The notes: generated by a model not told the origin, from the sequence alone. 64,000 nt of DNA from Deltaproteobacteria bacterium (GCA_026986785.1 JALSNW010000022.1:14265-78264), one strand, 5' to 3'. Numbered from the stretch's first letter, positions 1 through 9,717 are shown. Program-made: numbers and translations.

Positions 1-51
1 GCTTCAGTGAAGGAATACTCTACTTAATGGATATCTGGGCAGCAACCCGAT

Positions 52-396
52 TTAGCCTGGGGGCCAGCTCATCTGCCTGCCACCTATTATATGAAGATGT
101 ATATGATAGACCTCCTGACCTCCATGACGATTGCAGTTTATGACTGTCCGATAGCCATCCTCAGCCATGTTCTCCATCTCGGCTATCTTTTTCGCAACCA
201 GGAACATCCTGCCCATGAGTTCGGCATGCTCTTCTTCAAGCTCATTCAAGGTTGGTATATGCTCCTTGGGGATGATCAAGACATGAACAGGACCTTGAGG
301 GTTGATGTCCCTGAAGGCCAGCACGTGTTCATCTTCATATACTACATCTGGTTTGATCTCTCCTTTCACCATCTTGCAGAAAAGGCAATCAGACAT
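52..396 (-). CDS. HIT (histidine triad) family protein
   Basis: 114-aa ORF with C-terminal histidine-triad HIHLHII and N-terminal CLFC motif. Size is typical of Hint-like proteins. Confidence 0.9.
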   Translation of the reverse strand: MSDCLFCKMVKGEIKPDVVYEDEHVLAFRDINPQGPVHVLIIPKEHIPTLNELEEEHAELMGRMFLVAKKIAEMENMAEDGYRTVINCNRHGGQEVYHIHLHIIGGRQMSWPPG

Positions 397-644
397 GACA
401 AAGCTCCTTGTTGGTCACATAAGTGATCCATGAAAAACCGTTTTTGATTCCGGCAACCAGGAACCCATTTGACCAAAGATATGCCAGCTTTCAGCTGTCG
501 GGACATTCTGGAATGCCAGAGGGATTTTTTTAATAATAATATGTTCATGCAGGCACGGGCAAGGTATTCTTTACCATTCTAGAATAGACGCGGAGAAAAC
601 GCTTTCCAGGCCGTATACTTGAGACCAACAGTGACAAGAGCTCT

Positions 645-1886
645 ATGCACATAAAACAGATAAACATATCCAGGCCCCTTGCCCTGATGTTTCCCATGGG
701 CTTTGCCTCGGGTCTGCCCTTGGCACTTTCCAGCGGTACCCTCCAGGCATGGCTCACAGTAGCTGGCGTAGACATCAAGACCATAGGTCTGTTTTCAATG
801 GTAGGGATCCCCTACACCCTCAAATTCGTCTGGTCTCCTGTCATGGACAGATTCAATATCCCTGTATTCGGAAGACGGAGGGGCTGGATAATCCTTTGCC
901 AGGCCTTCTTGATCGCCATAACCTGTTCAATGGCAACCATCGATCCCTCGAACCAGGCCGGACCCATGGGGCTGGCAGCCCTCCTTCTGGCATTTTTCTC
1001 TGCCTCCCAGGACATTGTCATAGACGCCTACAGAACAGACAGCCTCGAGGAGCGGGAACGAGGCCTTGGAGTAGGACTTACGGTCACAGGATATCGGATA
1101 GCCATGCTGGTATCGGGTGCATTGGCACTCATTCTGGCAGATCACATGGGCTGGCAGACCACCTACCTGCTCATGGCAGGGGTCATGACAGGGGCGACCA
1201 TCTTTACCTTCATTGCCCCAGAGCCAGCCCTCTCCGGGAGGCCTCCCAAGGACATGAGGGAGGCGGTCGTAGAACCCATCAGAGACCTGTTTGAGAGAAA
1301 GGCCATGATCTCTTTTCTCCTGCTCATAGTACTTTACAAGATTGGGGACGCCTTTGCAGGCACACTCACCACGGCCTTTCTCATCAGGGGAGCAGGATTT
1401 TCACCAACGGACGTTGGCACCATAAACAAAGGTTTAGGACTCGTTGCAACAATCCTTGGTGCAATGGTTGGAGGCGGACTCATGACCAGGATGGGGCTTT
1501 ATGGTTCGCTCATGCTCTTTGGCATCCTCCAGGCCGTCTCCAATCTGGCCTTCATGACCCTGGCCCTGGCGGGCAAGAACTATCCCATCATGATAGGGGC
1601 CGTTGGGCTGGAAAACATATGTGGCGGTATGGGCACAGCAGCGTTTGTCGCCTTTCTAATGGCCCTTTGCAATCATAGGTTCAGTGCGACCCAATATGCA
1701 ATACTCTCGGCCTTGGCTGCAATGGGCAGGGTGTTCGTTGGTCCTCCTTCGGGAATGTTGGTGGATGAATTGGGCTGGCCACTGTTTTTTTTCTTCACGT
1801 TTATGGCAGCCCTGCCAGGCCTTTTGATACTGAGATACCTGAAAAGGCCCATCGAGGCCCTTGAAGAAAAGGCCATAGAAAGATAG
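645..1886 (+). CDS. ampG: AmpG-family MFS permease (muropeptide importer type)
   Basis: 413-aa polytopic membrane ORF. N-terminal block GFASGLPLAL...YTLKFVWSPVMDRF is characteristic of AmpG-like MFS transporters. Confidence 0.75.
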   Translation: MHIKQINISRPLALMFPMGFASGLPLALSSGTLQAWLTVAGVDIKTIGLFSMVGIPYTLKFVWSPVMDRFNIPVFGRRRGWIILCQAFLIAITCSMATIDPSNQAGPMGLAALLLAFFSASQDIVIDAYRTDSLEERERGLGVGLTVTGYRIAMLVSGALALILADHMGWQTTYLLMAGVMTGATIFTFIAPEPALSGRPPKDMREAVVEPIRDLFERKAMISFLLLIVLYKIGDAFAGTLTTAFLIRGAGFSPTDVGTINKGLGLVATILGAMVGGGLMTRMGLYGSLMLFGILQAVSNLAFMTLALAGKNYPIMIGAVGLENICGGMGTAAFVAFLMALCNHRFSATQYAILSALAAMGRVFVGPPSGMLVDELGWPLFFFFTFMAALPGLLILRYLKRPIEALEEKAIER

Positions 1887-1916
1887 AAAGGGTTCAAGTA
1901 CGAAAGCCATATAGCA

Positions 1917-2639
1917 TCAAAACCTCATGGGCCTCTTTTTCAACAGCCTTCTTATTATATGACCTGCCAGATCAAATACCCTATCCGAGTAGTCTATTAT
2001 GACCGAATCGGCGCTCACCTTTATACCCTCCATGGCCCCAATGGCCTTCTCGTTTCTCATGGCAGTGGTGGCACGCCCCCTTATTTTCGCTTCTGCCATC
2101 CACCTGTTCAAGGTAGCACCCAATCGACCGCTTCCTGAATAAGGGACATCCAACAATATATATACAGAGGAAGGGGGATAGTGGGAAAAGACCTTGGAAA
2201 TTAGACCCCAGGCCTGTTTCGTGCGCTCACTTTGCCTAAATCGCCTAAAGACCAAACCCATGTCCCTCACAAAACCATCATCTGCCGCTACCAGGGGGAT
2301 ACCTTTCAAGGCATTCTCCAGGGTTATTATGCAATTGTAACCATCGATCACAAGCCTCTGACCCGTGATTTCACCTATCTTGACCAGCTTTGAACGCCGA
2401 TGGGCCGCAACCTGCCTGGTAAAGACCGCCCTAAAGAGGATGTTCCTCTCCAAGGAACTGAGTTGATAGTGATTGCCCACGAAACCAAGGGCTGACCCCC
2501 TTGGATACCCCCTGGAAAGAAGAAAGCGAAAATCTACAGCTGCTTTCTTGAGGATCTTGTCTCTGATCCCAACACCATATTTCCCCAGACCACCTTCCAT
2601 GACAATCCCAGCTACTGTCCAGATACTTACCATGCCCAT
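1917..2639 (-). CDS. DUF434-like domain fused to NYN/PIN-like (DUF5616-type) putative RNase
   Basis: 240-aa ORF. N-terminal FLLSRGYPRGSALGFVGNHYQL block resembles DUF434. The middle has IDGYNCI, as in YacP/NYN nucleases. The true start may be an internal Met. Confidence 0.5.
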   Translation of the reverse strand: MGMVSIWTVAGIVMEGGLGKYGVGIRDKILKKAAVDFRFLLSRGYPRGSALGFVGNHYQLSSLERNILFRAVFTRQVAAHRRSKLVKIGEITGQRLVIDGYNCIITLENALKGIPLVAADDGFVRDMGLVFRRFRQSERTKQAWGLISKVFSHYPPSSVYILLDVPYSGSGRLGATLNRWMAEAKIRGRATTAMRNEKAIGAMEGIKVSADSVIIDYSDRVFDLAGHIIRRLLKKRPMRF

Positions 2640-2776
2640 CCATATTTAATAAGCAGGAGAATCGGCGCCAAACTTGCAGGAGGCATGGGCAAGGTTTATG
2701 TTTCTTTTATTAATACAATATCTCCTGTTACCACAGTGAAAAGATCTCGGGAACAGAATAAACAAGACAGGCGACC

Positions 2777-3292
2777 ATGAAAATCTTGATATATCCACAT
2801 GAGATACTCAGCACCAAGGCCGAACCCGTCAGGGAGATCAATGGACAGCTCCAAAGCTTCATCGACAAAATGATTGCCAAGATGTACAAGGCGGAAGGTG
2901 TAGGGCTTGCAGCCAATCAGGTAGGTGCCCCCATTCAGGTGATGGTCATGGATGTCACCCCTTCTGAAGAAGGCCCTCATCCAGTCGTCCTTCTCAATCC
3001 GGTGATTACCGAAACCGAGGGTACGGCTACCCATGAAGAAGGCTGCCTGAGCGTGCCCAACTATTCTGCCAAGATAACCAGGCCAGCCAGGGTTGAAGTC
3101 AAGGCATATGACAGACATGGACGAGAGATAAGGCTCGAAGGCGAAGGACTTTTGTCCAGGTGCCTTCAACATGAAATAGACCACCTCCAAGGCATCTGCT
3201 TCGTTGATAGGCTCAGTCCACTGAAAAAGAGCCTGTTTCGTAAAAAATGGGCAAAAATACGACCATTGGAGGAAGAGGAAGTGAAGAAATGA
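2777..3292 (+). CDS. def: peptide deformylase
   Basis: All three deformylase motifs are present: GLAANQ, EGCLSVP and HEIDHL. Confidence 0.95.
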   Translation: MKILIYPHEILSTKAEPVREINGQLQSFIDKMIAKMYKAEGVGLAANQVGAPIQVMVMDVTPSEEGPHPVVLLNPVITETEGTATHEEGCLSVPNYSAKITRPARVEVKAYDRHGREIRLEGEGLLSRCLQHEIDHLQGICFVDRLSPLKKSLFRKKWAKIRPLEEEEVKK

Positions 3293-4239
3293 GCCCGGCT
3301 ACAAGATTCAGGATAGTGTTCATGGGCACACCAGAGTTTGCCGTGCGCCCCCTTAAAACCCTAATCAACGGACCTGATGAGATATTGGCCGTGGTATCCC
3401 AACCCGACCGACCAAGGGGACGAGGCAGGAAGCTCCTCCCTACCCCTGTGAAGGAGACTGCCCTTGAGGCAGGCCTCAAGGTTTTACAACCGCCCAAGGT
3501 CAGGGAGCCCGAATTCCTGGAACAGCTCGAGGCCCTCCAACCGGATCTCATTGTTGTGGCCGCATTCGGCCAGATACTCCCCCAGGCCCTCCTTGATATC
3601 CCCAAGATAATGCCTATCAACATTCATGGTTCTCTTCTGCCGAAATATCGAGGAGCTGCACCTATCCAGTGGGCATTGATAAATGGAGAGAAGGAAACAG
3701 GCATTACCATCATGAAGATGGATGCCGGAATGGACACAGGCCCAATGCTATTGAAAAGGGCAATCCCCATTGGGGAAGACGAGACCTTTGGGCAACTGGC
3801 AGATCGGATGTCAGAGCTTGGGGCCAAACTCCTTGAAGAGGCCCTTGAAAAACTAAAAAAAGGTGAGCTCAAGGAAGAAGCACAACCTGAAGGGGGCATA
3901 ACCTACGCACCTCCAATCAAGAAGGAACAATACCATATCAACTGGAACCAGTCTGCCCGGAGGATTCATGGCACAATCCGGGCATTTGACCCGAAACCAG
4001 GGGCCTATACCCTGTTCGGAGAACAGCGCATCAGGCTTTACAGCCCCCAGGTTCTGAACGATGAAGCCCCTGAAACAAAACCTGGTACAGTTCTCGAGGC
4101 CTCTGCTCAAGGCCTGAAAGTGGCCTGTGGCAACGGAGTCATAGGCATCAGACAGGTCCAATGGCCAGGCAAGAAAAGACTTGATATAGAGGCATTTCTC
4201 AGGGGCAGAAGAATACCAGCAGGTTCTATTTTTAGCTAA
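3289..4239 (+). CDS. fmt: methionyl-tRNA formyltransferase
   Basis: Start moved to the ATG that overlaps the def stop (ATGA). N-terminal RIVFMGTPEFAV and HGSLLPKYRGAAPI motifs. Conserved def-fmt order. Confidence 0.95.
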   Translation: MSPATRFRIVFMGTPEFAVRPLKTLINGPDEILAVVSQPDRPRGRGRKLLPTPVKETALEAGLKVLQPPKVREPEFLEQLEALQPDLIVVAAFGQILPQALLDIPKIMPINIHGSLLPKYRGAAPIQWALINGEKETGITIMKMDAGMDTGPMLLKRAIPIGEDETFGQLADRMSELGAKLLEEALEKLKKGELKEEAQPEGGITYAPPIKKEQYHINWNQSARRIHGTIRAFDPKPGAYTLFGEQRIRLYSPQVLNDEAPETKPGTVLEASAQGLKVACGNGVIGIRQVQWPGKKRLDIEAFLRGRRIPAGSIFS

Positions 4240-4253
4240 TCCAGCAAGCCGTT

Positions 4254-5675
4254 TTGACGAACGATAAGGCAGTAATACGAAGATCAAGACAAAAACGCCA
4301 TCTTGGGCCAAGGACAATGGCGGTCCAGGTCCTGACTACTTGGTTCTCCCAAGAACCTGGCATGAGACCTCCACTTGAAGAACTAATGGATGCCCAACTC
4401 AGAGGATGCCACCTCGCCTCTTCCGACAGGGCTCTCCTTTGGGAGATTGTCTTTGGTACAGTCAGATGGCGCAGACTCCTGGAATGGCACATTGAAAGAC
4501 ACGTGCACAAATTGGCTAGCCTACCCCTACCAGTCAGGATGTTACTGTTGACAGGCTCCTACCAGATAATCTTCCTTAGCCGTGTCCCCTATTTTGCCGC
4601 AGTGAATGAGGCAGTCAAGGCAGCAAAGGCCCTTAGAATCTCTTGGGCAAAAGGTCTTATAAATGCTGTGCTGCGAAAGATCAGCTCTTCTACCAAAGTC
4701 GTTCCTACACAAGAGACATTCTATGAAGACAGATGTCAAAAAAGATTCCTCAATTGTTTGTCTGTCTTTTCCTCCCATCCTTATTGGATGGTCAAGAGAT
4801 GGAATGAAAATTGGGGTAAAACAGACTGCCTTTCCATCTGCGTCAACAATAATATCCATCCACCAGTCACCATTAGGGCCAATACCCTCAGGAGCACCCG
4901 AAAGGAACTGAGCTCCCTGCTGCTACGCTCTGGAATCGAGACGAAAAGAGGAACCATAAGTCCTGACGCATTGATCTTGAAAGACTACAGGGGCAGGATC
5001 CAGGAACTTCCTGGATTTGACAGAGGTCTTTTTCAGGTCCAAGACGAGGCGTCACAAATCGTCTCCCTGATGCTCAACCCTGAACCAGGCCAGTATGTGT
5101 TGGACCTCTGCGCTGGGGTTGGAGGAAAATCCACACACATAGCTGCCTTAATGAAAAATCAGGGACAGCTCATCTGCTCGGATAGCAGCCGAAAACGCCT
5201 AAGAAAACTCGCTGAAAACGCATCGAGACTTGGAACAAAAGCTATCAAGATCCTTTCTCCAGCCAAATCGAAAGAGATGATGTCAGCAGGTGGACAAAGA
5301 TTTCACAGGATACTCGTGGATGCGCCTTGTTCTGGCACAGGCGTTATCAGGAGACACCCTGATATAAAATGGAATAGAACGCCTGCCATGTTGACCGATC
5401 TGGTAACCATTCAGTCGGATCTCCTTGATAAGGCTGGAGGGCTCCTGGCCAAAGGAGGCATATTGGTCTACTCGGTCTGCAGCCTGGAAAAAGAAGAAGG
5501 CGAAGAGAGGATTGAGAGATTTGTCGAAAAAAACACTGACTTTTCCCTGATAGATCCATATACAATACTGCCTGGAACTGTCCAAGGCATGATCACTCCA
5601 AAGGGCTATTTCAGGAGCCTTCCAGGCCAGCAGGGCATGGATGGTTTTTTCGCTGCCGCCTTGGCCAAGGGATGA
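4254..5675 (+). CDS. rsmB: 16S rRNA (cytosine967-C5)-methyltransferase
   Basis: NusB-like N-terminal domain plus SAM methyltransferase domain with DAPCSGTG and YSVCSL catalytic Cys motifs. Conserved def-fmt-rsmB order. The start is a TTG; an alternative ATG lies at 4317. Confidence 0.9.
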   Translation: MTNDKAVIRRSRQKRHLGPRTMAVQVLTTWFSQEPGMRPPLEELMDAQLRGCHLASSDRALLWEIVFGTVRWRRLLEWHIERHVHKLASLPLPVRMLLLTGSYQIIFLSRVPYFAAVNEAVKAAKALRISWAKGLINAVLRKISSSTKVVPTQETFYEDRCQKRFLNCLSVFSSHPYWMVKRWNENWGKTDCLSICVNNNIHPPVTIRANTLRSTRKELSSLLLRSGIETKRGTISPDALILKDYRGRIQELPGFDRGLFQVQDEASQIVSLMLNPEPGQYVLDLCAGVGGKSTHIAALMKNQGQLICSDSSRKRLRKLAENASRLGTKAIKILSPAKSKEMMSAGGQRFHRILVDAPCSGTGVIRRHPDIKWNRTPAMLTDLVTIQSDLLDKAGGLLAKGGILVYSVCSLEKEEGEERIERFVEKNTDFSLIDPYTILPGTVQGMITPKGYFRSLPGQQGMDGFFAAALAKG

Positions 5676-5795
5676 GCCAAACAAGAAGTTGACCCCTTTT
5701 AGCCTTGGGATTAGTTTTACTTTATGGATATACAGGGTGATAATTCGTAGATTCGACACCTGTTGGCATAAAAAAAACAAAAAATTGGTGATGCC

Positions 5796-6080
5796 GTGAA
5801 AGACGACAGAGGCCTATATTATTATCCGGTTCTGGAAAACAAAAAACTCAGGATGTATGTGAGATTGAACAAAGAGGATATAGAATTCAGACTCTGGGAT
5901 CAGACAGATGAGACCCTCTGGGAGGAACACGGATGGGTGCCGTGGACAGCCATCAACCAGGCAGCCGATCTTTACAAGAAGGAAGGCCGAAAAGGAGCCC
6001 CCCCTATCCATCTCTATGACATAGAAGTAGCCATAAGGTTGTTAAAAGACTATGCCAGGAAGCAGGGGGCAGATGCATGA
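5796..6080 (+). CDS. hypothetical small protein (94 aa)
   Basis: GTG-start ORF whose stop overlaps the start of the next gene (ATGA). I recognise no motif. Confidence 0.55.
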   Translation: MKDDRGLYYYPVLENKKLRMYVRLNKEDIEFRLWDQTDETLWEEHGWVPWTAINQAADLYKKEGRKGAPPIHLYDIEVAIRLLKDYARKQGADA

Positions 6081-6883
6081 TGATAGATCTCACATGGAAT
6101 CAATTCTTCAATAGGATCCCAGAAAGGCTTGCCCCCCTTTTCCCCCATAACGAGCCCATATGGACTGTTCTGGACAGGCTCAAACCATTTATCAGGGACA
6201 CCATCAAACCCAATCTCCCGGAAAATATACAGATGGGAGTCCCGGTAGACAGCCCCATTGCCCTCCTTCCAGGCGGCTGGCTGAATGAGGGCTTTGAAAC
6301 CGTTTGCAACGACGACACCAAGGGCAAGGTCCAGGTCTGGATAGAAGGGGAAAAGGTGCCGGAAGCTGCTATAATATGTGCTGGAAGCGTATTTTTGGAT
6401 TATCGGGTTGAGATAGGAACAGGTTCTATTATAGAACCGGGTGCCTTACTAAAAGGGCCTATAATCATTGGCGAAAATAGTGAAATTCGTCAAGGTGCAT
6501 ATCTCAGGGCAGATTGTCTCGTATGTTCCGACTGCGTCGTAGGGCATACCACAGAGGTCAAACATTCCATCTTTATGGACAATGCAAAGGCTGGACATTT
6601 TGCATACATTGGAGACAGCATCCTGGGAAATGATGTAAACCTCGGCGCAGGCACAAAACTTGCTAATTTGAAATTTGGACCTGGATCGGTCAGGATCAGG
6701 ACAAACAGCGGAGAAAGCCTTGACACAGGCCGTCGTAAGATTGGCGCAGTCCTGGGTGATAAGGTGCAAACAGGATGCAACTCTGTCACCAATCCAGGGG
6801 TCTTCCTTGGGCCAGGCTCTTTGATCTGTCCCAACAAAGCTGTCAAGCCCGGTCTTTACAAGTCCAGAACAATTATCAGCTAA
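6077..6883 (+). CDS. left-handed beta-helix (hexapeptide-repeat) transferase-family protein, GlmU C-terminal-domain-like
   Basis: The C-terminal two thirds show imperfect hexapeptide repeats (IGTGSIIEPGALLKGPIIIGENSEIRQGAYL...). There is no nucleotidyltransferase domain. Confidence 0.7.
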   Translation: MMIDLTWNQFFNRIPERLAPLFPHNEPIWTVLDRLKPFIRDTIKPNLPENIQMGVPVDSPIALLPGGWLNEGFETVCNDDTKGKVQVWIEGEKVPEAAIICAGSVFLDYRVEIGTGSIIEPGALLKGPIIIGENSEIRQGAYLRADCLVCSDCVVGHTTEVKHSIFMDNAKAGHFAYIGDSILGNDVNLGAGTKLANLKFGPGSVRIRTNSGESLDTGRRKIGAVLGDKVQTGCNSVTNPGVFLGPGSLICPNKAVKPGLYKSRTIIS

Positions 6884-6915
6884 GTCCCACATCTATTCAA
6901 TAAAAGGAGAAATTG

Positions 6916-7851
6916 ATGAAAAACAGAATTAATTCCATTTTTTTGGCAGGATTTGCTACTTTCTGTCTGCTATGTGCAAACTGTCCGACAGTTGAAGCAA
7001 AAAACGACAAAGGCACCGACAAGATACTTGCAGAGGTGGGTGGCTATAAATTGACACTGAAGGAATTCAACGAACAGATAGCCTCCCTGCCACCCCAGCT
7101 ACAGATGGCTGTGGCCAGGAATCCCCAGCTCAAGGAACAGCTCTTGGAACGCTGGGTTCAACTGAGCCTCATGGCAAAAGAGGCCAGGAAACAGGGTCTA
7201 CAGGACAAACCAGCCGTCAAGAAACGCATCCAGGACATGACCAATGCCCTCCTTGCCCAGGAGTTCATGAGGGAGAACATCGAGGCCAAGGTCAATGTCA
7301 CCGACAAGGAAATCAAGGATTATTATGAAAAACACAAATCCGAATTCGTTGAACCAGCACAGGTCAGGGCACGCCACATCCTGGTCAAGGTGCCACCAAA
7401 TGCAGACAAAAAGGCCTGGGCAGAAGCCAAGAAAAAGGCAGAGATGATCAGGGCCAAAGCCCTCAAAGGAGAAGATTTCGCCAAGCTGGCCAAAGAGTAT
7501 TCCGATGATCCTGGTTCAAAAGGCAGGGGAGGAGACCTTGGTTATTTCCAAAAAGGCAGGATGGTGCCTGAATTCGAGAAGGCAGCCTTTGCCCTGAAGG
7601 TAGGGCAGATAAGTCAGCCAGTGAAGACCACATTCGGATATCACTTGATAAAGCTGGAAGACAAAAAGCCCAGCAAACAAGAGTCGTTCAAGGACGTCCA
7701 ACAAAGGATAAGACAAAAACTGACCAGGGAAAAACAGCGCAAGATAAGAGAAGAAATCATATCAAAACTTGAGAAGAAATACCCTGTCAAGCTCCACAAG
7801 GACCTCCTTGAGACCTCGGCATCAGCTTCCAATCCCCATAGAGGGAAATAG
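6916..7851 (+). CDS. PpiC/parvulin-type peptidyl-prolyl isomerase with SurA/PrsA-like N-domain, secreted
   Basis: N-terminal signal peptide. Parvulin core GGDLGYF...[16 protein letters not shown] sits 7 nt upstream of the ATG at 6916. Confidence 0.85.
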   Translation: MKNRINSIFLAGFATFCLLCANCPTVEAKNDKGTDKILAEVGGYKLTLKEFNEQIASLPPQLQMAVARNPQLKEQLLERWVQLSLMAKEARKQGLQDKPAVKKRIQDMTNALLAQEFMRENIEAKVNVTDKEIKDYYEKHKSEFVEPAQVRARHILVKVPPNADKKAWAEAKKKAEMIRAKALKGEDFAKLAKEYSDDPGSKGRGGDLGYFQKGRMVPEFEKAAFALKVGQISQPVKTTFGYHLIKLEDKKPSKQESFKDVQQRIRQKLTREKQRKIREEIISKLEKKYPVKLHKDLLETSASASNPHRGK

Positions 7852-7917
7852 AGGGCAGAATCTCCCCAAAAAAACAGGTTGGCTGAACGCCAACCTACAA
7901 ACACCTTTCCCGAAAAG

Positions 7918-7948
7918 GCGGCTACGCGCTGTAGAGTAGCTGCTTTTT
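7918..7948 (+). terminator. rho-independent terminator after the PPIase gene
   Basis: GCGGCTAC / GTAGCTGC 8-bp stem (one G-U pair), 10-nt loop, then TTTTT. Confidence 0.7.
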
Positions 7949-8147
7949 CGATTTTCATCATTGCCTCTTGCCCAGCAACAACATATAGCCATTAAAAAAA
8001 CCCAAATGGTTTGGCTATGTTATAATATTTTCCTTGTAAAAACAAAGGTAAAAGCCTTTGCAATTCGAACAATAAATTGTTACATTGGACGATTAGTTTT
8101 TTGAATGAATCAGGTCCAGTGATCGATTTGGGCTCTGGAGGAAATTA

Positions 8148-8369
8148 GTGAAAATCATTTTTGATCCAGATATACCAGCGGAATTTCAGCCACAGATCGA
8201 ACAGGTTATCAAGGAGTCTATTCAGGGTAAGTGTGACTGCGGCTGTGATGAAATCTATGTTTCCCTTACCCGTGAAGATCTACTTGATGTAAAGTGTTAT
8301 GATTGCGGCACGAGTTTCTTTGAACTCGAGATAGAGATTCAGGACCAGGAAGAAACAATAGACGGCTGA
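8148..8369 (+). CDS. small Cys-rich acidic protein (73 aa), unknown function
   Basis: GTG-start ORF with CDCGC and CYDC motifs. It lies 44 nt upstream of the inositol-3-phosphate synthase gene. Confidence 0.5.
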   Translation: MKIIFDPDIPAEFQPQIEQVIKESIQGKCDCGCDEIYVSLTREDLLDVKCYDCGTSFFELEIEIQDQEETIDG

Positions 8370-8413
8370 GGGGTACGCCAGATTTAAGTGTTTCAGGGGA
8401 GGATCAGGGACAG

Positions 8414-9517
8414 ATGTCTAAAATCAGGATCGCCGTAGCCGGAGTTGGTAACTGCTTTTCTTCATTATGGCAAGGGATTAATTATTACCGTGCCAAGTCG
8501 CCAGAACAGGCTATTGGCCTTATGCATTGGGATATAGGGGGTTACAGGCCTGGAGATATAGAAGTCGCAGCGGCTTTTGACATAGACAAGCGAAAGGTGG
8601 GCCAGGATGTGTCCGAGGCAATATTTGCCCTTCCGAATTGTACCACAGTATTCTGCAAGGATATCCCCTTGACAGGGGTCAAGGTCAGGATGGGCAAAAT
8701 ACTGGACGGCTTTTCTGAACACATGGCAAACTATCCTCCAGAAAGGACCTTTGTCCTGTCTGATACACCAGAGCCAACCAAGGAAGAGGTCATAGAAATA
8801 TTGAAAGGTTCTGGGGCCGAAGTCTTTGTGAATTATCTCCCCGTGGGGTCGGAACAGGCAGTCAGGTTTTATGCCGAATGTGCACTCGAGGCAGGTCTTG
8901 GCTACATCAATAACATGCCTGTATTCATATGTAGTGATCCAGAATGGGCCAAAAAATTCCAGGACAAAAACATCCCTATCGTCGGTGACGACATCAAGTC
9001 CCAGCTTGGTGCCACTATTACCCACAGGATCCTGGCAAACCTGTTCAAGAGACGGGGGGTGAAACTTGAAAGGACCTATCAACTCAATACCGGGGGTAAT
9101 ACAGATTTTCTCAACATGTTGAATCGCCACAGGCTAAAATCCAAAAAACTTTCCAAAACAGAGGCGGTTCAATCAGTTCTTCCCCAACCATTGGACCCCG
9201 AAAACATACACATAGGCCCCAGCGACTATGTGCCCTGGCAAAAAGACAACAAGCTCGCCTTTATCCGCATGGAAGGCAAGCTCTTCGGGGATGTCCCAAT
9301 GAATTTGGAGCTCAGGCTGTCTGTCGAGGATTCACCTAACTCAGCAGGAGTAGCCATAGATTCCATCCGATGCTGCAAGCTGGCCATTGACCGAAAGATT
9401 GGAGGTCCGCTCCTTTCTCCATCTGCGTATTTTATGAAGCATCCCCCTGAGCAGATGACAGACGACATGGCATTCAAGAGAACCGAGGATTTTATAGCCG
9501 GTCGGATAGAACGCTAA
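8414..9517 (+). CDS. ino1: inositol-3-phosphate synthase (myo-inositol-1-phosphate synthase)
   Basis: 367 aa of the short bacterial/archaeal MIPS type. NAD-binding IAVAGVGNCFSSL N-terminus and the conserved block SQLGATITHR...LNTGGNTDFLN. Confidence 0.9.
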   Translation: MSKIRIAVAGVGNCFSSLWQGINYYRAKSPEQAIGLMHWDIGGYRPGDIEVAAAFDIDKRKVGQDVSEAIFALPNCTTVFCKDIPLTGVKVRMGKILDGFSEHMANYPPERTFVLSDTPEPTKEEVIEILKGSGAEVFVNYLPVGSEQAVRFYAECALEAGLGYINNMPVFICSDPEWAKKFQDKNIPIVGDDIKSQLGATITHRILANLFKRRGVKLERTYQLNTGGNTDFLNMLNRHRLKSKKLSKTEAVQSVLPQPLDPENIHIGPSDYVPWQKDNKLAFIRMEGKLFGDVPMNLELRLSVEDSPNSAGVAIDSIRCCKLAIDRKIGGPLLSPSAYFMKHPPEQMTDDMAFKRTEDFIAGRIER

Positions 9518-9548
9518 ACCCCCTCCTGTTTCGCAATCCATTATTTGT

Positions 9549-9582
9549 CCTCTGCTGAATTTGCTTTCAGCAGAGGTTTTTT
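9549..9582 (+). terminator. rho-independent terminator after ino1
   Basis: Perfect 11-bp stem CCTCTGCTGAA / TTCAGCAGAGG, 6-nt loop, then TTTTTT. Confidence 0.85.
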
Positions 9583-9717
9583 ATGTCAAAAAATATGCCC
9601 TTTTTCTCGTGTCAGGCTTGACTCGTTAAAGAGAGTGCTTACCGTAAAGACAAGTATAAGCCTATTTATCTTAAAACACTCACGAATCTCGAAAAGTAAT
9701 AAAGGAGGATACATATT

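Noticed and set aside
576-585. 10-bp palindrome ATTCTAGAAT in the HIT/ampG divergent region, with a half-site resembling the PerR-like box.
   Set aside because: It is too short and has different spacing (5-0-5 rather than 7-1-7). Chance occurrence in AT-rich promoter DNA is likely.
7876-7896. Hairpin AGGTTGGC-tgaac-GCCAACCT preceded by A7. This would act as a - strand terminator, but there is no - strand gene to terminate.
   Set aside because: It is probably part of a bidirectional or tandem terminator region after the PPIase gene, and a proper + strand terminator follows at 7918-7948. There is no evidence for an antisense transcript.
9615-9645. CIRCE-like (HrcA operator) or sigma-32-like element upstream of the hsp20 pair.
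   Set aside because: Only the right half (GAGTGCTTA, 8 of 9 positions) matches CIRCE. The left half matches 4 of 9 and the spacer is 8 nt, not 9. The CTTGACTC...CTTACCGT pair is a poor fit to the sigma-32 consensus. This is not strong enough to call.
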